Shown: in pieces, positions 15,059 through 24,883 of the stretch | How the letters are laid out: each line of letters opens with the position of its first letter | Numbering within the stretch: position 1 is the stretch's first letter | Virus record (IMG/VR): IMGVR_UViG_3300012940_001441 | Coordinates: 1 to 27,574 of that record | Strand: one strand, 5' to 3' | DNA length: 27,574 nucleotides | DNA from: a virus | Taxonomy: Duplodnaviria; Caudoviricetes | The notes under the pieces: generated by a model | Databases searched by the model: none | Told to the model about the DNA's origin: nothing | What the model saw: the letters and a program-made list of their open reading frames with translations, nothing else | Program-made: the position numbers and the translations under genes

Positions 15059-16919
15059 ACAATATTACCCTGTACTAACGGTGGCCTATCTGCGGGGCCT
15101 AAAGCGTGACGCGTCCATGACCGTCACGGAATGGGCGGAAGCATTTCGTATCCTGCCATCTGAAACGGCCAGGCCGGGACGGTTTAAAATGTCCGTTACC
15201 CCTTATAACCGGGAGATCAGCGACCGGCTCAGCGTAAACGATCCAGCGCAAAAGATCATTTTCAAGAAAAGTTCACAGATCGGCGCAACGGAAACCGGCA
15301 ATAACTGGCTGGGCTATGTCATAGACCGTGCGCCGGCCAATTTCCTGTATATCATGCCTACGGATGCGCTAATGAAAAAGACCAGCAAAACGCGCATTCA
15401 AAAAATGATAGATAGCACGCCGCGACTGCGGGAAAAGGTGGCCGCATCAAAGAGCCGGAATAGCAGTAACACCCTGCTGGAAAAATACTTTGATGGCGGG
15501 AGCCTGACAATGATCGGCGCTAACAGTCCGGTTGGCCTTGCATCTACAGCTATCCGGTTTGTATACATGGATGAAATAGACCGGTATCCCCTCAATGTTG
15601 GTGGTGAAGGCAGCGCCCTGGGCCTGGCAGAAACCAGGACGGCCACCTTTGGCGCCAGAAAAAAAATATTTCTTACGTCTACACCTACGCTTGCCGGCAC
15701 GTCTGCTATTGATGCTGAGTTCCAGAAAACCGGGCAACGGTACTACTTTGTACCATGCCCTCTTTGTGGACATATGCAGTTATTGCGGTTTGAAAACCTG
15801 AAGTACACAAAAGATAAATACCAGGATGCCGCCTATGAGTGCCAGGAATGTAGCCGGCTACTGGCTGAACGCTATAAAACGGGTATGTTGAAGGCCGGTG
15901 AATGGCGCCCACTATACCCAGATCGTGAAGATGGCATAACATATGGCTACCACTTAAACGCTATGTACAGCCCCTACGGCATGTTTAGCTGGGCACAGAT
16001 GGCTAAAGAATATGTAGACGCAACCGGGGACGCGCCTAAAATGATTGTTTTTATCAATACCAAATTAGGCGAAGTATACGAAGGCGAAGCCACGGAGAAA
16101 TTAAACTGGCAACATCTTTACGAGCGTGCGGAAAATTACGAGCAGGGAAAATTATTTGCATCTGTTGTATTTCTCACTGCCGGCGTAGATGTACAGGTAG
16201 ACCGGTTAGAAATAGAGATTGTAGGCTGGATGAAAGGTAAAACCAGCCAGAGTGTAGAGTATATGCAAATAGTTGGTGATACCGCTCAAAGCGAAGTTTG
16301 GCAGGAACTATCCCGGCTCCTGACAAAGACATGGATACGTGAAGGGGATAACGCTATACTGCCACTCTGGCTAATGGCGGTGGATACAGGGTACAATACA
16401 CAAAAGGTATATGATTTTGTGCAAAAGCATGGAGTAGCCAGGGTAATCCCGATTAAGGGGCGTGATAGCCTGGATATGTTCTTTACGGCGCCTAAAACAG
16501 TGGATGTTATTAAAGCAGGAAAGAAGGTTGGTAAAGTTAAGGTTTGGAATATTGGGGTATCACTTATCAAATCTGAGGTGTACGGCTTTTTAAAATTAGG
16601 CATTGATCCTGAAACCGGGAGTGTCCCCGCAGGCTACTGTCATTTTCCTATACGGGATGCAGCCTATTTCCGTGGGTTGACTGCTGAAGTATTGGAGCAG
16701 GTAAAAGACAAAAAGGGATTTGACAAATACCAGTGGGTGAAAAAGTACAAACGTAACGAACCGCTTGACTGTCGTGTATATGCGCGCGCAGCGGCGGCTG
16801 TTGTTGGGATGGACAGATGGCCGGATGAACGCTGGACAAGGGAAGCAAACGTTTATGATACCCATAAACCACAGCAGGTAAATGCTGAAGCAAAAAACAG
16901 AAAATCAAATTTTTGGTGA
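15042..16919 (+). CDS. terL: Terminase large subunit (lambda gpA family)
   Basis: KSSQIGATE, YMDEIDRYP, STPT, CPLC..CQEC, AGVDVQ, VDTGY and RNEPLDC. Confidence 0.96.
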   Translation: MELAIKQYYPVLTVAYLRGLKRDASMTVTEWAEAFRILPSETARPGRFKMSVTPYNREISDRLSVNDPAQKIIFKKSSQIGATETGNNWLGYVIDRAPANFLYIMPTDALMKKTSKTRIQKMIDSTPRLREKVAASKSRNSSNTLLEKYFDGGSLTMIGANSPVGLASTAIRFVYMDEIDRYPLNVGGEGSALGLAETRTATFGARKKIFLTSTPTLAGTSAIDAEFQKTGQRYYFVPCPLCGHMQLLRFENLKYTKDKYQDAAYECQECSRLLAERYKTGMLKAGEWRPLYPDREDGITYGYHLNAMYSPYGMFSWAQMAKEYVDATGDAPKMIVFINTKLGEVYEGEATEKLNWQHLYERAENYEQGKLFASVVFLTAGVDVQVDRLEIEIVGWMKGKTSQSVEYMQIVGDTAQSEVWQELSRLLTKTWIREGDNAILPLWLMAVDTGYNTQKVYDFVQKHGVARVIPIKGRDSLDMFFTAPKTVDVIKAGKKVGKVKVWNIGVSLIKSEVYGFLKLGIDPETGSVPAGYCHFPIRDAAYFRGLTAEVLEQVKDKKGFDKYQWVKKYKRNEPLDCRVYARAAAAVVGMDRWPDERWTREANVYDTHKPQQVNAEAKNRKSNFW

Positions 16920-16920
16920 T

Positions 16921-17247
16921 ATGGAAGCTGCATTTTTTCTCACACAAGAAACCAGGGAATTGATTGCCAATATTAAAAAGGCGGCATGTGAATATTTCGG
17001 CATAACAGAGGATGATTTATTAAAATCCCGCCGTCTTTCGCGCGCCCGTTACCTATGTTTTTACCTTATTAAGCAGGCCGGTATACGATATTATGAAGCG
17101 CTGTTAATCCAGTCATTCAATGTAAGCAGAGGGCAGGTAAGATATGGCATAGACCAGATAGAAACAGAAATTGTCCATTACCGGGACATTCAGGAGGGCG
17201 TTAAAGGCATCAATCATATTATCAGCACTATCAAAGGACAAAGTTAA
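16921..17247 (+). CDS. DnaA C-terminal (domain IV)-like HTH protein
   Basis: 108 aa from ATG 16921: I..AACEYFGITEDDLLKSRR...ARYLCFYL...F......VRYGIDQI. Confidence 0.65.
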   Translation: MEAAFFLTQETRELIANIKKAACEYFGITEDDLLKSRRLSRARYLCFYLIKQAGIRYYEALLIQSFNVSRGQVRYGIDQIETEIVHYRDIQEGVKGINHIISTIKGQS

Positions 17248-17447
17248 TGGGATTTACACTTGAACAGTACGAAGCGCTGGTGAAAGCTATAATACAGGGC
17301 GCTGTACGGGTAAAATATGCTGACAAGGAGGTTGAATACAGGTCATTAGATGAAATGTTGCGGCTGAAACTGGCTATGGAAAAGGATTTAGGTATAACAC
17401 AGCGTGGCATAAGAACAACATATGCAAAATTCAGCAAGGGATTATGA
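17247..17447 (+). CDS. Head-tail joining protein (gpW-like)
   Basis: 66 aa with AL..AI..G...V.Y.DK.VEYRSLDEM, between terL and portal. Confidence 0.88.
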   Translation: MGFTLEQYEALVKAIIQGAVRVKYADKEVEYRSLDEMLRLKLAMEKDLGITQRGIRTTYAKFSKGL

Positions 17448-18934
17448 ACAGAAATATTTTAGATAGAGCTATAGAGCTGATTGCACCCGGCTATGCCTTA
17501 CGGCGTTACCATGCCCGCGCCCGCCTGGAAGTGGTACACAAAAGAATGGCCGAAGTAATAGCAGCTGAACAGCGCAGGTACGATGGCGCCGCAACTGGCC
17601 GGCACTATTCCGACTGGTACAGTCCCAATTTATCGGTCAATCAGGAAGTGCTGCAATCTCTATCAATACTCCGTGAGCGGAGCCGTGACCTGTGCCGTAA
17701 CAATGCATATGCTATTAATGCCGTCAGGGCGATTAGAAATAATGTAGTCGGGTGCGGCATCCTTCCCACCCCTAAAGCAAAAGGGCTGGGGAAAAATCAG
17801 CTACGGATGTTAAAAGATACATGGATTAGCTGGGCAGGGTATACCTTGTGCGATTATGATGGGATGAATACCTTTTATGGTATACAAAGCCTGGTTATGA
17901 AAGTGGTGGTAGAAAGTGGCGAATGTTTGATCCGAAAAGTACGCAGCAACAGTAAGGATATAATACCGCTGCGTCTGCAGGTGATGGAGGGTGATTTCAT
18001 TAATTCGTCTTATCACACTGGCATGTGGCAGGATGATGGTACGTTAACGTACTACGGCATAAAATTTAACCGTCAGGGTAAAAAGCTGGGATATTGGCTG
18101 TATAAAGGCCATCCCAACGAATTTGGCGCAGAAACAGAATATGTACCGGCAGAGGATATAATTCATGTATTTGAAGTTGAACGACCTGGACAGATCAGAG
18201 GGTTGCCCTTCAGCTGCGGTGCAATGTTACGGCTGAAGGATTTGGATGATTATGAATTTACAGAGCGGATAAGAAATAAAGTTGCCGCTGCCTTTGCAGT
18301 GTTCATCACAGATGATGTGGCGAGCGATAATACCAACGGTAGCAAAGTGAACGATATGGAGAAAGTAGAGCCGGGCATGATCAAGACCTTATTACCCGGC
18401 CAGGGTATCCAGGTAGCACAGCCACCGATCACGCAGAACGGCGATTATGTTAAAAATAATCTGCGTGGTATTTCCGCAGGCTTTGGCACTTCCTATGAAG
18501 TACTTAGCAATGACTATAGTAACGTTAATTTCAGCAGTGGGCGCATGGGCTCTATGGAGTTCAACTTGCATATAGAATACTTACAAAATAACTTAATGAT
18601 CGCCCGATTTTGCGACAAAGCCTATTCCTGGTTTGTGGAAGCGTGCCAGTTAAAAGGCATTACCCCTTTCAGCGCCAATGTTAACGTTACCTGGACAGCC
18701 CCACGCCGGCAAATGATTGATCCATTGAAGGAAATACAGGCACTCAAAGAAGGACTACGGGCAGGGTTATATAGCTGGCAGGACGTAGTACGGATGCTGG
18801 GCTACATACCGGAAGAACTTATTGAGGAAATAAAACAAGATCGGGATATGTGGGACCAATTACAATTAAAGCCTACATCTGACGCGCGTTTCGATCCTAA
18901 CAGAAGTACCACTCCTGGGACTTCACCAGGCTAG
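17444..18934 (+). CDS. Portal protein, lambda family
   Basis: RYDGA, LRERSRDLCRNN, NVVGCGI, RPGQIRG, DYSNVNFSSGR and IDPLKE. Confidence 0.95.
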   Translation: MNRNILDRAIELIAPGYALRRYHARARLEVVHKRMAEVIAAEQRRYDGAATGRHYSDWYSPNLSVNQEVLQSLSILRERSRDLCRNNAYAINAVRAIRNNVVGCGILPTPKAKGLGKNQLRMLKDTWISWAGYTLCDYDGMNTFYGIQSLVMKVVVESGECLIRKVRSNSKDIIPLRLQVMEGDFINSSYHTGMWQDDGTLTYYGIKFNRQGKKLGYWLYKGHPNEFGAETEYVPAEDIIHVFEVERPGQIRGLPFSCGAMLRLKDLDDYEFTERIRNKVAAAFAVFITDDVASDNTNGSKVNDMEKVEPGMIKTLLPGQGIQVAQPPITQNGDYVKNNLRGISAGFGTSYEVLSNDYSNVNFSSGRMGSMEFNLHIEYLQNNLMIARFCDKAYSWFVEACQLKGITPFSANVNVTWTAPRRQMIDPLKEIQALKEGLRAGLYSWQDVVRMLGYIPEELIEEIKQDRDMWDQLQLKPTSDARFDPNRSTTPGTSPG

Positions 18935-18979
18935 ATACTAAAAGAATGTTTGAGGTAGAATGTTCATTTGTAACTATCG

Positions 18980-19007
18980 GGCCGCGATTCTTCGCGGCCT
19001 TTCTTTT
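18980..19007 (+). terminator. Intrinsic terminator after the portal gene
   Basis: GGCCGCGA-TTCT-TCGCGGCC-TTTCTTTT. Confidence 0.8.
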
Positions 19008-19074
19008 GGCTAAAACATGACTAAACATTGGCTAATCAATGGCTAAAAGCGCCTTGATACTACACCGACATTTG
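19007..19074 (+). promoter_or_regulatory. Putative regulator-dependent capsid promoter (four TGGCTAA-type boxes + -7-like element)
   Basis: TGGCTAA 19007, TGACTAA 19018, TGGCTAA 19029 and TGGCTAA 19040 (11-nt period), then N20 and GACATTTG, 6 nt before the ATG. Confidence 0.68.
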
Positions 19075-19080
19075 TAATAG

Positions 19081-21027
19081 ATGCTACGCACTATTACAAA
19101 TAGAGAACTAACAAAGTTACAGACTGCGGCGATATTTCAGCCGGAAACGTACAACGAAACGGATAATACAATTGAAGTTGTATTTGCAACGGAAAGCGAA
19201 GTAGAACGGCATCTATGGGCAGAACATTTCCAGGAGGTGCTTTTGTGCAGAACAGAAAATGTACGCCTGGAAAGATTAAATGCCGGTGGCCCTGTTGTGG
19301 ATACCCACAGAAAGAGCAGCATAGATGATCAGATAGGCGTTGTTGTTCGTGCCTGGGTAGACGTTAGTAGCAATGAATGCCGTGCGCTTATTCGCTTGAC
19401 ACAGCGACAGGACAAGAAAGGGATCGTACAGGACATTATAACCGGCATTATCCGTAATATTTCAGTTGGCTATTTCGTATATGTTTACGAGTTTGACGAG
19501 CCGTTACCCGGTCAGATACCTGTTTACCGCGCTATTGATTGGGAGCCCATAGAGATTTCCTTTGTCTCAGTACCCGCAGACTATGCAAGCGGTTCCCGTG
19601 TTACCCCATCAACAAATACAGTAACCATCATAAAATACAACCGTATGGCTGAAAATACGACAGAAACCGTTACGCCGGCTCCGCCAACAGAGCGGACGGA
19701 ATCACCTGAACAGCAGGCGCAAAATATAGAACAGGTACGCAACCAGGCAGCAACAGAGGAACGTCACAGGATTGCAGAAATTACCAGGGCAGCCCGTGTC
19801 ACAGGGCTACCTGAAGCATTTGCGCAAACCCTGATAGACAACGGCACCCCTTTACACCAGGCGCGGGCTGCCATCATAGACGAGGCTGCTAAAAGCAATC
19901 CTGTAGAGCCGCGCGTTCATTCCGGTGTAACCATTGGCGTTGACGAAAAGGAAAAGAAACAACGCGGCCTTGAATCGGCCATTATGCAGCGAGCGGGCGT
20001 AGTCAGGCAGGAACTTGCAGGTGATCCCGGCGAGTTCCGCGGCATGACATTAATGGATGTTGCCAAAGAATGCCTTACCACTGCCGGCCATAGTTACCGT
20101 GGCCTTACTCAACTGGAAATAGCTTCCCGCGCCTTGCAGATGGCAAGCGGTGCGCGCGATGGTGGCGGTCTTGCTACCGGTGATTTTTCCTATGTCTTGC
20201 AGAATGTCCTAAATAAGACTTTACGGACAATGTACGATCTACAGTCCAAAACATTTACAGCCTGGACACGAAAAAGCACGGCTACTGATTTCAAGCAAAT
20301 GTTACGCACACAGTTAAACGATGTTAAACTATCCCCGGTTCAGGAAGGTGGGGAATACAGCTACGCGAAAGTTGGGGACAGCGGGGAGGTGTACAAGGTT
20401 GCGAAGTATGGTAAGATTGTGAACATTGATTGGGAGGCGATAGTAAACGATGATCTTAGCGCCTTCTCCCGCGTCCCTACTTTCCTGGCTGGCGCCGTTG
20501 CGCAAATGCAGTCGGATGTTGTTTACTCCATTCTTACAGGCAGTCACAAAATGCATGATGGCAATGAATTGTTTGACGCGGCAAACCATAATAACTATAC
20601 ATCTGCCGGCACTGCAATATCTGTAGCAAGCCTGGGTGCTGGCCGCCAGATGATGCGCGACCAAAAATCACCAGGCAATAACCACCTGAACATTGCACCT
20701 AAATACCTGATCGTAGGTAGCCAGAACGAAGCGCCGGCGTTACAGTACACCAGTCAAAACTATATAGCGGCGAAGCAGGCAGATATTAATGTTTGGACAG
20801 GCCTGTTAACTCCCATTGTAGATGCCCGCGTTACCGGCAAGCAATGGTATCTGTCCGCTGATCCAATGCTGATAGACACCATAGAGTATGCCACATTAGA
20901 TGGGCAGGAGATCTTCACGGAAACCAAATACGGATTTAACGTTGATGCCCTACAGTATAAGGTGCGGAGCGTGTTTGGCGGTAAGGCTATCGAATGGCGG
21001 TCATTGTACAAAAATGCAGGTGCTTAA
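19081..21027 (+). CDS. Prohead protease-major capsid protein fusion
   Basis: N-terminal HK97-type protease (DTH, RNISVGY, WEPIEISFVSVPAD), scaffold-like linker (ERHRI..I), and capsid domain (TGDF, DFK, EGGEY, AIVNDDL). Confidence 0.93.
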   Translation: MLRTITNRELTKLQTAAIFQPETYNETDNTIEVVFATESEVERHLWAEHFQEVLLCRTENVRLERLNAGGPVVDTHRKSSIDDQIGVVVRAWVDVSSNECRALIRLTQRQDKKGIVQDIITGIIRNISVGYFVYVYEFDEPLPGQIPVYRAIDWEPIEISFVSVPADYASGSRVTPSTNTVTIIKYNRMAENTTETVTPAPPTERTESPEQQAQNIEQVRNQAATEERHRIAEITRAARVTGLPEAFAQTLIDNGTPLHQARAAIIDEAAKSNPVEPRVHSGVTIGVDEKEKKQRGLESAIMQRAGVVRQELAGDPGEFRGMTLMDVAKECLTTAGHSYRGLTQLEIASRALQMASGARDGGGLATGDFSYVLQNVLNKTLRTMYDLQSKTFTAWTRKSTATDFKQMLRTQLNDVKLSPVQEGGEYSYAKVGDSGEVYKVAKYGKIVNIDWEAIVNDDLSAFSRVPTFLAGAVAQMQSDVVYSILTGSHKMHDGNELFDAANHNNYTSAGTAISVASLGAGRQMMRDQKSPGNNHLNIAPKYLIVGSQNEAPALQYTSQNYIAAKQADINVWTGLLTPIVDARVTGKQWYLSADPMLIDTIEYATLDGQEIFTETKYGFNVDALQYKVRSVFGGKAIEWRSLYKNAGA

Positions 21028-21050
21028 CCAGGAATATCAATTTTAATACT

Positions 21051-21374
21051 ATGGACACATTAGTAAAAAGAGGTAAAAGCATTGAGGCCGTTACGCCGGC
21101 AGGAGGCTATACCAGCGGGCAGCCGGTAGTAGTGGGTAGCGTAGTAGGAATAAGCGTTAATACCTACGCTGAAGGAGAAACAGCCGTAATCTGGCTTGTT
21201 GGCGCTCACCTGGTACCCAAAGCTGCCGAGCCCTGGGCGCCCGGTGACCGGCTATACTTTGACAGCACAAACAACCTGTTTACAAAGGTGGCTACAGACA
21301 ATGCCTATGCCGGCTACGCACAGACTTCAGCCATTAGCAGTGATCCCAACGGCATTATTATACTCAGGCAATGA
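21051..21374 (+). CDS. Capsid cement/decoration protein (DUF2190-like)
   Basis: 107 aa from ATG 21051 with SGQPVVVG..VGI, G....PK and GDRLYFD; follows the capsid gene. Confidence 0.8.
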   Translation: MDTLVKRGKSIEAVTPAGGYTSGQPVVVGSVVGISVNTYAEGETAVIWLVGAHLVPKAAEPWAPGDRLYFDSTNNLFTKVATDNAYAGYAQTSAISSDPNGIIILRQ

Positions 21375-21377
21375 TAG

Positions 21378-21716
21378 ATGAATCTGTTTGACGACATACA
21401 AAGATCGGCACAGTCAGTAATTACAGAGGCGTTTGGCTATGTGGCAGTTTGGCAACCATCCAAAGGCGGGGGGCCGTATAGCGCGCGGGTGCTGTTAGCT
21501 CAGCCCACACGTAAAGAAAACGTGAACGATGAAGACTATACGGCGCTCCGCCCGAAGGTGGAATATTTTGAAAACGACCTACCCGGTCTGCTGGAAAGTG
21601 TAAACGCGAACAATATAGAATCGGTAACAATAAACGGTGATATATATATAGGCTACACAGGAGAACGGAAGTACGATGGTAAAACAATAATCATTTATCT
21701 GGACAAACAGCCATGA
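21378..21716 (+). CDS. Head-tail joining / head closure protein
   Basis: 112 aa (MNLFD...FG...W.P); position after the DUF2190-like gene. Confidence 0.6.
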   Translation: MNLFDDIQRSAQSVITEAFGYVAVWQPSKGGGPYSARVLLAQPTRKENVNDEDYTALRPKVEYFENDLPGLLESVNANNIESVTINGDIYIGYTGERKYDGKTIIIYLDKQP

Positions 21717-22201
21717 ATATTTATACATCACAGCAGAGTATTATACAGCATTTGCAGGGTAGTTTTTCCGCAGCCGGCACGCCGTTTCTCTGTAAGCATT
21801 TGCCGGAAACAAACAAAGAATACGAGCTGGCATTAACTGTCCCCATTGCCTATGTTATTTACTCGGGTAGCACTGCGGGAAAAACCGTATCCACTTCGCC
21901 AATAGCACAACCGCGCAAGCTGCTGTTCGTTGTGGAATGTCATGCCCGTAAACTGTATAGTGATGCAGGCCTATTTGTTTTATGTGATGTCATAGAACAA
22001 TGCCTTGTAGGCTTTTCCCCTGCAAACTGTCAGCGTCTTTCCATGCTAAAGGATGAAACTAGCCAGGGTGAAGATGGCGCATTCTGGATACGTGTTCTCC
22101 AATTTGAATGTGAAACCATGCTGGTGCAGAAAGAAGAGAACGAAGCTATTATAATTCCATCATTCCAGGAGTTAATCCACATTGACAATGAAAACATTTA
22201 G
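21713..22201 (+). CDS. Tail terminator (Mu gp37-like)
   Basis: 162 aa with V.YSGS, LVGF.P and W; position before the sheath. Confidence 0.6.
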   Translation: MNIYTSQQSIIQHLQGSFSAAGTPFLCKHLPETNKEYELALTVPIAYVIYSGSTAGKTVSTSPIAQPRKLLFVVECHARKLYSDAGLFVLCDVIEQCLVGFSPANCQRLSMLKDETSQGEDGAFWIRVLQFECETMLVQKEENEAIIIPSFQELIHIDNENI

Positions 22202-22403
22202 ATACACAGGCTCCCGCTCGTATTACGCTACAATCCGGGTTGTGACGGACGGCACAACCAAGCTACAGGATATAATACTGGCGCCGGGCGATCAGCAACA
22301 ACTACCGGAGCAACACGAAGTAATTAAAACGATGATAGCAACCGGGCTATTGGTAGCTGTTCCGGGTGAAAAAATGATTGTGTCACAGAAAAATGAAAAG
22401 TGA
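22188..22403 (+). CDS. Small phage protein preceding the sheath
   Basis: 71 aa (F.YTG...L.PG....LP..H..I..M...GLL), translationally coupled to the sheath gene. Confidence 0.6.
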   Translation: MKTFRYTGSRSYYATIRVVTDGTTKLQDIILAPGDQQQLPEQHEVIKTMIATGLLVAVPGEKMIVSQKNEK

Positions 22404-23824
22404 TGGCAGTAGATTACCTGCATGGCGTAGAAACAATTGAATCAGAATTGGGAGGCCAAACGATAAGCGTAGTAAAATCCTCTGTTGTTGCTCTGCTGGG
22501 CATAGCTCCTGCCGGGCCATCACAAACACTTACATTATGCACCACTCCGACCGATGACGCAATATTTGGCAAAGAGTTGCCGGATTTTAATATCCCAAAG
22601 ACTTTAGCCATCATTAGAAATATTGCCGGTAGTGCTCCTGTCCTGGTGGTAAATACCTTTGCTGATGCATTGCACACCATTGCTGTAACAGATGAACAGC
22701 AAACAGTTGTTGACGGGAAACTACAACTTGCCTATGCTCCTATTGGCGTCGTTACTATCAAGTTGCAGGATGGCACAACAGACGCGCCTATTATCAAGGA
22801 CATTGACTATACGCTGGACGAGTTCGGAAATTTTGTTGCGATCAGCACCGCCGTGGCTGAGGGTACAACCTACAGGTTCTCTTACAGACGGCTCAACCCT
22901 TCCAGCGTTACGCCCACGCATCTGATCGGAGGCGTGGACGCAAACAATGAACGTACCGGGCTTGCGCTGCTTGATCTTGCTTTCAACAAATTTGGCTTCA
23001 AACCCAAAATAATCATTTCACCCGGTTACAGTAGCTTGTCTGCTATTGCTGTAGCGTTCGCGGCATCAGCGAAAAAACATCGGGCCATATACTGCCTTGA
23101 CGCGCCTTACGGAACGACCATTGCAGGGGCAATTGCCGGCCGCAGCCTGTCCGGTGGCCTGGTCTTTAACACAACTGACCAAAGGGCCTACTTACTTTAC
23201 CCTTACCTAAAGACGTTTGATCATTACCTGCAGGCCGATGCCGATTTTCCTTATAGCGCCTTCATGGCCGGCGTCATTATCTGGACCGATAGGGAGCTTG
23301 GCTACTGGTATTCTCCCTCTAACAAGGTTATTACCGGCGTTACCGATAGCGAGCGCCCTATCGAATGGAGCATAAACGATGCCACCAGCGAAGCAAACCA
23401 GCTAAATTCAGCAGGCATAACTACCATTGCTGCGGGTTTTGGCACGTCTATACGTACCTGGGGGAATAGAAACGCTGCTTTTCCCGGCTCCAGCACGGTT
23501 AAAAACTTCCTGGCGATCCGAAGGGCTGACGATATGGTTATCGAAAGTATGGAGCTTGCAAGTATTGATTTTATTGATCAGCCACTACTGCAGGCACAGA
23601 TAGACACCATACGGGAAGCCGGCAATGCCTTTATGAGAACGTTAATACAGCGTGGTGCAATACTACCAGGTAGCCGCGTGCTTTATAACAAAGCAGACAA
23701 CCCGGAATCCGAACTGGCAGCAGGCAGGGTAACCTTTGAGCGCGTATATATGTTACCGCCACCGATAGAACGGATTACCTACCGGGACGTACTGGATGTT
23801 AGTTTGCTTAACCAGTTTAATTAG
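22403..23824 (+). CDS. Contractile tail sheath protein
   Basis: YLHGVETIE, G.AP.GP, RTGL, PKIIISPG, GYWYSPSN, LN..GITT, WGNR and PPPIERIT. Confidence 0.95.
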   Translation: MAVDYLHGVETIESELGGQTISVVKSSVVALLGIAPAGPSQTLTLCTTPTDDAIFGKELPDFNIPKTLAIIRNIAGSAPVLVVNTFADALHTIAVTDEQQTVVDGKLQLAYAPIGVVTIKLQDGTTDAPIIKDIDYTLDEFGNFVAISTAVAEGTTYRFSYRRLNPSSVTPTHLIGGVDANNERTGLALLDLAFNKFGFKPKIIISPGYSSLSAIAVAFAASAKKHRAIYCLDAPYGTTIAGAIAGRSLSGGLVFNTTDQRAYLLYPYLKTFDHYLQADADFPYSAFMAGVIIWTDRELGYWYSPSNKVITGVTDSERPIEWSINDATSEANQLNSAGITTIAAGFGTSIRTWGNRNAAFPGSSTVKNFLAIRRADDMVIESMELASIDFIDQPLLQAQIDTIREAGNAFMRTLIQRGAILPGSRVLYNKADNPESELAAGRVTFERVYMLPPPIERITYRDVLDVSLLNQFN

Positions 23825-23829
23825 TAGCA

Positions 23830-24354
23830 ATGGCAGATATAAAGATCAACAGGATAACGAATGCCAATGTATACAGCAGTGGCAATAGTTTGCTTGGCAG
23901 GGTTGAAGAAGTGAAATTGCCAGCCATAAAGAGCATTGATACAGACGTTAAAGTATTAGGGTTGCAGATGGCGATAAAACTACATGGTGGTTTTGAAAGT
24001 ATGGCGGGGTCTATGAAGTTCAACGCCGTGTATCCTGAACTAATAAAAGAGTTCGGCTCTCCAATGGTTACCCGGCAGGTCCAGGTGCGGAAAAGCCTGG
24101 AAACGTATGACAGCAGTGGACTAATAGCACAGCTATCAGCGGTTGCCTATATGACCATCCGGTTTAAGGATGTATTACCACCTATTACCCTGAAGCAAAA
24201 CGAGAATCCAGAACAGGAAAGCGAATTTAACTGTTCCTACTACAGATATGAGATTGACGGTAAGCGGATCGTTGAAATTGATGCCTTTACAAATACCTTC
24301 TTTGTGATGGACAATGACCAGTTAGCCACCTACCGCACCAACTTAGGATTTTAA
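23830..24354 (+). CDS. Major tail tube protein (P2 FII-like)
   Basis: ITNANVY..GNSLLGRVEEVKLP and YY...IDG....EID...N; follows the sheath. Confidence 0.9.
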   Translation: MADIKINRITNANVYSSGNSLLGRVEEVKLPAIKSIDTDVKVLGLQMAIKLHGGFESMAGSMKFNAVYPELIKEFGSPMVTRQVQVRKSLETYDSSGLIAQLSAVAYMTIRFKDVLPPITLKQNENPEQESEFNCSYYRYEIDGKRIVEIDAFTNTFFVMDNDQLATYRTNLGF

Positions 24355-24368
24355 AAAAATCTTACAAT

Positions 24369-24719
24369 ATGGAAGAAATTAGAAATTATCCGACGCTACC
24401 GGATACGGACGGCTTTTTTATCGAATCAGAGGACGATGAAACGCTAGACGTTTTTACAAAGGTTTACGACAACGGTAACAAGATAAAAAGAGCTGTATTG
24501 CCCGCCTGCGGGAAAACTGCCGTAGTCCGTGAATTGCTGGGTAAAGACACCATAGAAATTAAGCGGTTTACCGGTGATAATCTGGATAACTACCAGATGG
24601 CCGCGGTTACAGTCGCTACTACCGTGGATGGCAACAGGCAACCCTATGAGTATTACGAGGTAATGAAGCTGAAAGATTACAGCCGCTTAGCTGCCATGTT
24701 CCAGTCGCTAAATTTTTAA
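24369..24719 (+). CDS. Tail assembly chaperone (short form)
   Basis: 116 aa between tube and tape measure (LP..GK...RE..GKD; M...DY..L), ending in the slippery sequence A AAT TTT. Confidence 0.8.
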   Translation: MEEIRNYPTLPDTDGFFIESEDDETLDVFTKVYDNGNKIKRAVLPACGKTAVVRELLGKDTIEIKRFTGDNLDNYQMAAVTVATTVDGNRQPYEYYEVMKLKDYSRLAAMFQSLNF

Positions 24720-24883
24720 TCAGCCGTAATACGGTTGCTTATTGCGCCGCTTATTACGGCATTTCTCCTTTATATGTAGAAAGCTGGACAACCTTTCAAA
24801 TAAACGAATGGTACGCGGAAGCGGTTAACCTGGAAAACGAAAAAGCTAAAGCATTTAACAAGGGCTTGGAAGGTGGCAAATAG
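24716..24883 (+). CDS. -1 frameshift extension of the tail assembly chaperone (gpGT/gpE+E'-like), 55 aa
   Basis: The -1 frame after A AAT TTT (24710-24716) is open to TAG 24881-24883: LISRNTVAYCAAYYGISPLYVESWTTFQINEWYAEAVNLENEKAK...; no ATG of its own. Confidence 0.75.
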   Translation, partial: LISRNTVAYCAAYYGISPLYVESWTTFQINEWYAEAVNLENEKAKAFNKGLEGGK

